This document shows positions 7,220 through 8,903 of a stretch of 8,903 nucleotides of DNA, one piece after another. The position numbers and the translations under genes were made by a program. Every line of letters begins with the position of its first letter. Position 1 is the stretch's first letter. The stretch comes from Octopus sinensis (lineage: Eukaryota), in contig NW_021828329.1 of NCBI RefSeq assembly GCF_006345805.1, positions 1 through 8,903 of the forward strand. Direction: 5' to 3'. The notes under the pieces were generated by a model, which did not search any database, was not told the DNA's origin, and worked only from the letters and a program-made list of their open reading frames with translations.

Positions 7220-8290
7220 TCCAAAATAGATAATTGCGATAAAGCAACACACCTGAACGCATGCCGCACAAACTCAGTCTATGGCTTCCACAGTGATGAG
7301 TAAACAGCAAAAGGATTTTTCATTCGGTAGTATCCCGTGTATTTCCAAATACTTGGCTGCTATATTGTCACCATTTTCGTGCCCCACCCAACTCCCGTAA
7401 TCTTCCGAGAAAATGCTGTTTTGTTTAATGTTTCTTTTATCAGGTTTCCAATCTTAGAAGTTGCTTTCTCACAGCAGTCTTCAAAAGACAGAAATCTCTC
7501 TTGAATCATAAGCATGCGATCTATGCTTTGAAAGCAACTTATGATAAATGTTGTCTGCTCGACATGTGTGGAATCAGTTGTTACATCAGTGTTATTGAAC
7601 AGCGTTTTGCTTTTGATCTTTCACAGTGTATGTGTTTTAGAACGAGATCGGAGCAAAGAGAAATAAATTCATTTTGTGATTCAGCTGACAGATAATGTGT
7701 TTGCATTAATTCTCTTTTTCCTGGCTTTCTTTGACCTTCCTGATATGAGTTTCAAGCACAGGATCCCATTTCGATAAAAGTTCAACCAGCCGAAGGAAGT
7801 TACCATTGTAAATATCGCCACACAGATGAGAAGTATCACAGAATGTTAACCCCCACTTTCACCCCTAAATAAAATAATCTTAGTTAGACAATATAACCAT
7901 TACACCAGTTAGCCACCTCTGTTACAATTTGTTTGTACAGAATATGTTCCATGCATCTGTATGAACGAGTTCTCTTTTTCATGTTCTCTCCATGGTACAT
8001 AATTTAAGTTGGTTATTACATTCATGCATAGAAAATCTACTTCCCAATAGTCTCCATTTTCTGTGGTAGACCATCCGTTCGTTGGATTAACCCCTTCATT
8101 TCCAAAGTGCTGATTGATAAGTGAACAAAATATGGCTTGTTCATTGACACTCCAATTTAGCCAATCACTTTTCAATACCTTTTCCATTTCAGTATTGACG
8201 GTTCCTGTGCTTAATGATGCCAAATCGAAAAGACTACTGCTCGACACACCACTTGCAAATGTTTTGGCCAAAGGATGACGTCTGTTCTGC
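7220..8290 (-). pseudogene. hAT transposase N-terminal zinc finger, DUF4371-like region and first catalytic Asp / CxxH region
   Basis: GNFLRLVELLSKWDPVL, YLSAESQNEFI, D.T.DSTHVEQ, ERFL, ENGDNIAAKY and CGSH. Confidence 0.9.
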
Positions 8291-8295
8291 ATACA

Positions 8296-8357
8296 TTTAT
8301 TCTTTTATTCCTTTATATGTTTCAGCCTTGAGGATGTGACCATGCTGGGGCACCACC
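8296..8357 (-). mobile_element. SINE family A, 3' terminal fragment
   Basis: tttattcttttattc..gtttcag..gaccatgctggggcaccacc resembles 5756-5815. Confidence 0.75.
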
Positions 8358-8903
8358 AGTGTTTTTTTATATCTTTTTGATGTTTTTTTTTATATCTTTC
8401 TTCGTATTAAATTTCCTGTTTCAAGCCCATCCTGTCCGCCATTGAAGTGTTCCTTTCCATAGCTTGGTTTTGAGTTGTATTCTGTTCACGTTCACATGCG
8501 ATTTCTTTATGCAGTGTAGATGGTTCGTGACCAGAAGTCTTATTCTGACACTAAGATGAAGCCGTTTTGTTTTCAGTTTGCTTTTGCACAGAAGGTTCAG
8601 CGTTTGTTAATAAATATTCATCACTTAATAACAGTAATATCAATAACCAGTTATGACATATTTTCTTTGTGTTCTCGTTCATCACTGTCCCTGCTGCAGT
8701 CTTGTACATACGCATTACATTGATAATATTGAAACGTAAAATTCTTTCTGAAAAGGTTTGCGTGAATAACGTTATAGATTTTAGGCCAGCATTAAATATC
8801 GGATTGACTTAGGGACATGTTATCACAAATAAACATTTCTGTGTGGTGCGTCTTTCCTGAAGACATAGTGTGAAGCCACAACTTGGATATAAGTGAAAAC
8901 AAC

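Larger units (their letters stand above)
3943..8290 (-). mobile_element. Decayed hAT DNA transposon (Tip100/ZMYM1-like transposase), probably extending beyond 8290
   Basis: Minus-strand motifs in the correct order: TTF-zinc-finger-like DWL..S...AIFC / KW..L..RF..HE (~8170-8010), NGNFLRLVELLSKWDPVLETHI 7807-7742, YLSAESQNEF 7694-7665, DVTTDSTHVEQTTFII 7587-7540, ERFL 7500-7489, CGSHRLSLCG ~7295-7263, FSCCPKR*Q ~6566-6540, VKP..HQI, TRSEVRGII, ANVCASLRYFLTMP, ERSLSQLNLIKNYLR 4247-4203. Candidate TIR CAGGGCCGT at 3943. Confidence 0.88.

Overview
AT-rich, repeat-dense animal DNA with no intact host gene. The SINE families match, from memory, those of octopus/cephalopod genomes, so the organism call is an inference. 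Two decayed autonomous elements form the scaffold. The first is a single-ORF APE-endonuclease + reverse-transcriptase LINE on + (~456-3440). The second is a hAT (Tip100/ZMYM1-like) DNA transposon on - (from a candidate terminus at 3943 to at least ~8290). Both are broken by stops and frameshifts and are interrupted by two tRNA-headed SINE families (A: 4 pieces; B: 6 insertions, all on -), a Charlie-like MITE and many microsatellites. The most interesting structure is a nested SINE cluster at 4665-5540: two exact 18-bp target-site duplications, a SINE inserted in a SINE, and a dimeric SINE with a different 3' tail. I found no convincing novel biological system. Motif matches were made by eye against remembered family consensus, not by database search.
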